From assembly GCA_900128565.1 (NCBI GenBank), contig LT635956.1, positions 1 to 33,096 of the forward strand: 33,096 nucleotides of DNA, read 5' to 3'. The DNA is from Stramenopiles sp. TOSAG23-6. Taxonomy: Eukaryota. The stretch's first letter is position 1. Each line of letters opens with the position of its first letter. Below, piece by piece: positions 28,747 to 33,096 of the stretch. Made by a program: the position numbers and the translations under genes. The notes under the pieces were generated by a model that was not told the origin of the DNA, ran no database searches, and saw only the letters and a program-made list of their open reading frames with translations.

Positions 28747-31700
28747 ATGGACGCAAATGAAACGAAATATTCATCAACACTACAGCAACAAAAACCATCC
28801 CCACCACCACCAATATCAACATCACCAGTGAATACTCTGCGCAAGTCTGAAGAAGCAGATATCAATCTTATGAAAGGAATGCGCGAAATGTTAATGAAAG
28901 GAACTGTCTTTCGGAAACATAGCGAATATAGTGAACCAAATAAACGAAAAGTATGGGTAGAATTCGATGACGAATATGATGGGTTTATTAAGTGGTGTAA
29001 ATTAGGAACTCCTTCGAGCACATCGAGCGTAGAAAAGAACGATAAAATTAGACTTTCAACTATTACGCAAGTATCTGAAGGATTTGTAGAAACAGATGAT
29101 ATCATGAAGTTTAATGAAAATGTCGATTCAGGTATGTGCATATCTATTTGTACTCCTTCTCGGTCATTGAACTTTGAATCAAGTTCTGTCGAAGTATCTA
29201 AAATATGGTGCATGTCTTTGAAATATATTGTACACGCTGCGAAGCATAAATCAACCACTATTAGTCCTGTTCATTATGTGGCCAAGTTACGATTGAATGA
29301 TGATACAGAGAATGAATCTGGTGGTGATTTAAGAATTGATAAATTCAATGAACTGAAAAACAAAATAAAGTCACCAAAGAGCAATATTCCCATGTGTATA
29401 CAAGTCTATAATACTCGTCTAGCAGAAGAGCGTATAAAACACGGCAATGAACTAAAAACGAAAATTCAGAAGTATCATGAAACTATCAAGAAACAATCTG
29501 AAAAGCATAAAACTGTTTTAGCTATTTCAGAGGAACATAAAAATAATGTTGAGATTATGAAAGCTAAGTACAATGAGGCCGTAAATAATATCAAAACCGT
29601 ATCTGAAAAACACAAAAATATTTTAGAGCAACATCAAAATGAGATTAAAATGTTGAAAGATCAACATCTAGAGGCAATATTACGCACAAAAGATGAATCA
29701 TATAAATCACAGGATCATATCAAAACCGCACTCACTAATGAAATGCATCAAACTAATTTACAGATGAAAACTTTAGAGGGAAAGCATAAATTAGCAGTGT
29801 ATAATGCCACGCAAAATGCAACGTTACATGAACAAGCTGAGCAAGCACTACAAAATGCAAAAATGTCACATTTGGAGAAAATGAATAAAAAACATGATGA
29901 AATCAAATATTTGAAAGAAAAAATGCAGTTATTGAAAGAAGAGCATGATGGTAAAGAAGAAGAATGTGCTAGAGAAATAAATGAACATATGGTACAGTTG
30001 GAGGCGACTCGCGCTGAAGTGACACACCATCAACAAAATGCAAAAAAACACGAAATTTCTCGCCAAATCGCACTTCAAAGAGAGTATGGGGCAAAATTAA
30101 GATATATGAAAAATGCAGAGTTAGAAGCAAAGGAAATCAAAAGAGAGGCAAAACAAAGGCTTGATCAATTAAGAGATACACATGCCTCATTGCTTGGTGC
30201 TGCACTTAATGAACAAAAAGATTCACATACATCAGAACTCAATAAAGTAAAAGAGATGCACAACGCTGCTCTTGATGAACAGCTTGTTGCCGCAGAATAC
30301 ATTAAAGGACTAAAAGGTACACATGCATCCGAGCTGGATGAACTAAAAGGTACACATGCATCAGAACTTGTTAAACTAAAAGCTATACATGCATCAGAAT
30401 TTAATCAACTAAAATTTTCACATGCATTATTGCTTGGTGAAGAAGCGACATCGCTTGATAATCTAAAAGCTACGCATGCGTCAGAGATTAATGTATTAAA
30501 ACTTACACACTCATCGTCAATATCAGATAAATTAAAAGAAGCCGAGGGTTTAAGAAATATCATACAACTTCATTCTGAAGAAAAGCATCAGTTGGTACAA
30601 AAAGCAAATGAACACAAAGCTACAGCTAAAAGTAAAGAAGATGCTTTAGAAGAATTACAAGAAGCACTCAAAGTAGCCAAATCAAGTCATATTGAAGCGA
30701 TGGAAACGGCAACGCAAGAATCAAGAAAATTGGCCGCAATAAAGGCACAACACAAAATGGAAAAACTAAAACTCGAACATTCTCACGATATTCACTTGAC
30801 AGATCGTGTAAAATCGATGGAGGCTGTTGTTGCAAATGTAAATCAAGAAAATATTAGATTAGAACATGCTGCAGCTATCGCAAAAGTATTACACGAAGCT
30901 TCACAGAAGGATAAAAATCGAGAACATGAAGATGTTCAAAGGAATATGCAACGAGAACATGAAGTTGTTCAAAAGAATATGCAACGTGAACATGAAGCTA
31001 TACAAAAGAATATGCAACAGGAACATGAAGCTGCTCAAATAGACATACAACAAGAAGCTGAAAACAATCTTGCCCTTGCAAAGGAAAAATACCAAGAAGA
31101 AATAGAAGCTGTAATTCAAGACTCTGAAAATAGAGTAAGAAAAATACGAACAGAAGAAAACTCTCTTGCAGTTGCTTCGAGAAAAAAAAATGAGAATGTA
31201 CAGAAAAGCTTAAAAGTTTCGGAGCCTTCCGCGAATTCCAAAATTAAATCTACTGAAAATGTACACCAAGCTCTTAAAGCAATGAAAGAAACACATGCAA
31301 AGCACGTAGAAATAATGAGGACTGTAGAAGCAAAGTATAAATCTGCCGAAGACAAATTTGATCAAGAATTATTGACGTTAAAATTACAACATGAAAAAGA
31401 AATGCACTCAATGATTCAATCAATACATAAATTTCAAAGTGGAAAAAAAACAACTAGTGTGCTTTCCAAAATATTATCATGGGTAGGTAATGATTCTGAA
31501 TTGAATTCTGAATTGGATCAAAATTCGAATCAACACGATGAAATAAATAATACCGAAACAAAGATAAGTACTAACAATGTTGATAGAAAAACAAAAAAAA
31601 CAAAACAGAATATAGAAATAAAAAAAACAAAAAAGAATATAGAAGAAGACAATGATGATGAAGGTATAAAACATGTACAGCATCATTTTGGACCTAATCG

Positions 31701-31905
31701 TAAGCCAGGTGACACCGTCATAGTCAAGTTAACAGATGGTTCAAACATTGAATATAAAATACCCGAGTCCACAATGATTCAAAATACAGTTTTCCTAACA
31801 ATAAAAAAGAATCAGTTTATTGAATCTGACGAATTAGAAGAAATATCAGTGAGGAAACCAAAGATGGTCGAACCTGAGCGTCCAGTCAGAGAAACAAAAT
31901 TATGA
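28747..31905 (+). CDS. PH-domain protein with a long coiled coil
   Basis: PH-like LMKGTVFRKH...FIKWCK...IRLSTITQVSEG...CISICTPSRSLNFES...W; long E/K/H-rich coiled coil with 11-aa repeats; first ATG at 28747. Confidence 0.8.
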   Translation: MDANETKYSSTLQQQKPSPPPPISTSPVNTLRKSEEADINLMKGMREMLMKGTVFRKHSEYSEPNKRKVWVEFDDEYDGFIKWCKLGTPSSTSSVEKNDKIRLSTITQVSEGFVETDDIMKFNENVDSGMCISICTPSRSLNFESSSVEVSKIWCMSLKYIVHAAKHKSTTISPVHYVAKLRLNDDTENESGGDLRIDKFNELKNKIKSPKSNIPMCIQVYNTRLAEERIKHGNELKTKIQKYHETIKKQSEKHKTVLAISEEHKNNVEIMKAKYNEAVNNIKTVSEKHKNILEQHQNEIKMLKDQHLEAILRTKDESYKSQDHIKTALTNEMHQTNLQMKTLEGKHKLAVYNATQNATLHEQAEQALQNAKMSHLEKMNKKHDEIKYLKEKMQLLKEEHDGKEEECAREINEHMVQLEATRAEVTHHQQNAKKHEISRQIALQREYGAKLRYMKNAELEAKEIKREAKQRLDQLRDTHASLLGAALNEQKDSHTSELNKVKEMHNAALDEQLVAAEYIKGLKGTHASELDELKGTHASELVKLKAIHASEFNQLKFSHALLLGEEATSLDNLKATHASEINVLKLTHSSSISDKLKEAEGLRNIIQLHSEEKHQLVQKANEHKATAKSKEDALEELQEALKVAKSSHIEAMETATQESRKLAAIKAQHKMEKLKLEHSHDIHLTDRVKSMEAVVANVNQENIRLEHAAAIAKVLHEASQKDKNREHEDVQRNMQREHEVVQKNMQREHEAIQKNMQQEHEAAQIDIQQEAENNLALAKEKYQEEIEAVIQDSENRVRKIRTEENSLAVASRKKNENVQKSLKVSEPSANSKIKSTENVHQALKAMKETHAKHVEIMRTVEAKYKSAEDKFDQELLTLKLQHEKEMHSMIQSIHKFQSGKKTTSVLSKILSWVGNDSELNSELDQNSNQHDEINNTETKISTNNVDRKTKKTKQNIEIKKTKKNIEEDNDDEGIKHVQHHFGPNRKPGDTVIVKLTDGSNIEYKIPESTMIQNTVFLTIKKNQFIESDELEEISVRKPKMVEPERPVRETKL

Positions 31906-32226
31906 CAAGCAAAAAATGTATTCAGCTTTTGAATAAGCGATAGATATATGTTAAGTATTTTTATTTGATAAAACATTAAATTTTATGAAGTTTCGNACTC
32001 NTGNTTTTCNTTTTTTATCNCCNAAAGTAACGGCAATTATTTATTTTTCTAAATATCGGAGATTATCTTCGACGAAGTAAACCCGAATAAAAATTCAAAA
32101 ACATTCTACACACTTTGTTTCTCCGGTGCTGCTCTCATCGAGAGATGGAACAGACGGTACGTAGATATTTTATTATCCTTCGTTATATTTGACTTTATAT
32201 TCTGAGATTTCAATATTTCTCATATA

Positions 32227-33096
32227 ATGATTGGTTATATCTGTTGTAGTGATGAAAAGAGTAAAAATATAACGCAGCCACCACCACTTACAAAGGATGT
32301 TTGGATTTATGGTCACAGTAAAAATATTGCAAAGGAAGACATCTTGTGGTTAGATGAGCGTTATGGTGTTCCGCCTTCAGCACGGAAAGTAAGACTCTAT
32401 CACGACTTCGATTCAATGTGTACGTCGAGGCCATGGATTGATGCTAAACGCAAAATCGAACTTAAGAACGCTTTTTCTAAAATAATGGAACGAGATGAAC
32501 AAGATGATATATACCTAGATGATTATACAACGGAGTTACAGTTATTATTTTCAGGAGACGACGAAGCGTATTATAAGGAAAGGGAGCGCGAACTTGCAGT
32601 AAAAGCAGCGAAAGCCGAAGGTATTTGGAATGCCGAATGTGTCCGTCAAGAAACGGCAGCAAAGGAGGAGCAAATAAAAAAACATCACCTTCGACGCCGA
32701 GATGATGATGATACAACGCCTAATTTGAATGTTCCAGGACCTCCAGTTCCCACTGTTAAACATCGCCTTCGACGCCGAGATGATGATGATACAACGCCTA
32801 ATTTGAATGTTCCAAGACCTCCAGTTCCCCCTGTTAAACACACACTCCAACGCCGAGATGATGATGATACAACACCTAATGTGAATGTTCCAGGACCTCC
32901 AGTTCCCCCTGTTAAACACAGACTCCAACGCCGAGATGATGATGATACAACACCTAATGTGAATATTCTACGGCGTCTACAGCCTCCAGTTCCCCCTGTT
33001 AAACACAGATTCCAACGCCGAGATGATGATGATACAACATCTGCTGTGAATTTCCCAGAATCCTCCGATACAACATCTGCTGTGAATTTCCCAGAA
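32227..33096 (+). CDS. Partial hypothetical protein with 26-aa tandem repeats, open to the window end and absent from the ORF track
   Basis: Manual translation of frame +1 from ATG 32227 (MIGYICCSDEK...) has no stop to 33096; repeats HxLxRRDDDDTTPNxNVPGPPVPxVK. Confidence 0.7.
   Translation, partial: MIGYICCSDEKSKNITQPPPLTKDVWIYGHSKNIAKEDILWLDERYGVPPSARKVRLYHDFDSMCTSRPWIDAKRKIELKNAFSKIMERDEQDDIYLDDYTTELQLLFSGDDEAYYKERERELAVKAAKAEGIWNAECVRQETAAKEEQIKKHHLRRRDDDDTTPNLNVPGPPVPTVKHRLRRRDDDDTTPNLNVPRPPVPPVKHTLQRRDDDDTTPNVNVPGPPVPPVKHRLQRRDDDDTTPNVNILRRLQPPVPPVKHRFQRRDDDDTTSAVNFPESSDTTSAVNFPE
32683..33040 (+). repeat. 78-bp coding tandem repeat, about 4.5 copies (one unit 87 bp)
   Basis: CGCCGAGATGATGATGATACAAC recurs at 32695, 32773, 32851, 32929 and 33016. 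Confidence 0.92.

Noticed and set aside
31995-32025. Scattered N bases
   Set aside because: Low-quality sequence or an assembly join, not biology; it does make contiguity with the final ORF less certain.
32683-33040. CRISPR-like array
   Set aside because: The whole 78-bp unit repeats in frame with no unique spacers; eukaryotic context with no cas genes.

Overview
AT-rich, gene-dense eukaryotic DNA from a flagellated microbial eukaryote; a stramenopile-like origin is only an inference from gene style. In order, it encodes REV1 (minus strand, running off the window start), ATP23, an IQ/WW protein, a DHHC palmitoyltransferase, a Cys-rich type I membrane protein, a DOT1-like methyltransferase, a BAR/NPF protein, an intronless axonemal dynein heavy chain, a CpG-depleted decayed region with a TTF-type zinc finger, a PH/coiled-coil protein and a partial repeat protein. 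The main result is that every intron I can find belongs to one ~88-107 nt repeated family: T|GTRYGT, T-tract, palindromic TTTCGTACGAAATTTTGTACCTAAC core, then ...AYACAT or CACTT. For most members the reading frame and conserved residues are best restored by a NON-AG 3' end (GT-AT or GT-TT). One copy appears nested inside another, and one appears to have decayed into a normal GT-AG intron. Splice sites are inferred from frame and homology only; there is no transcript evidence here.
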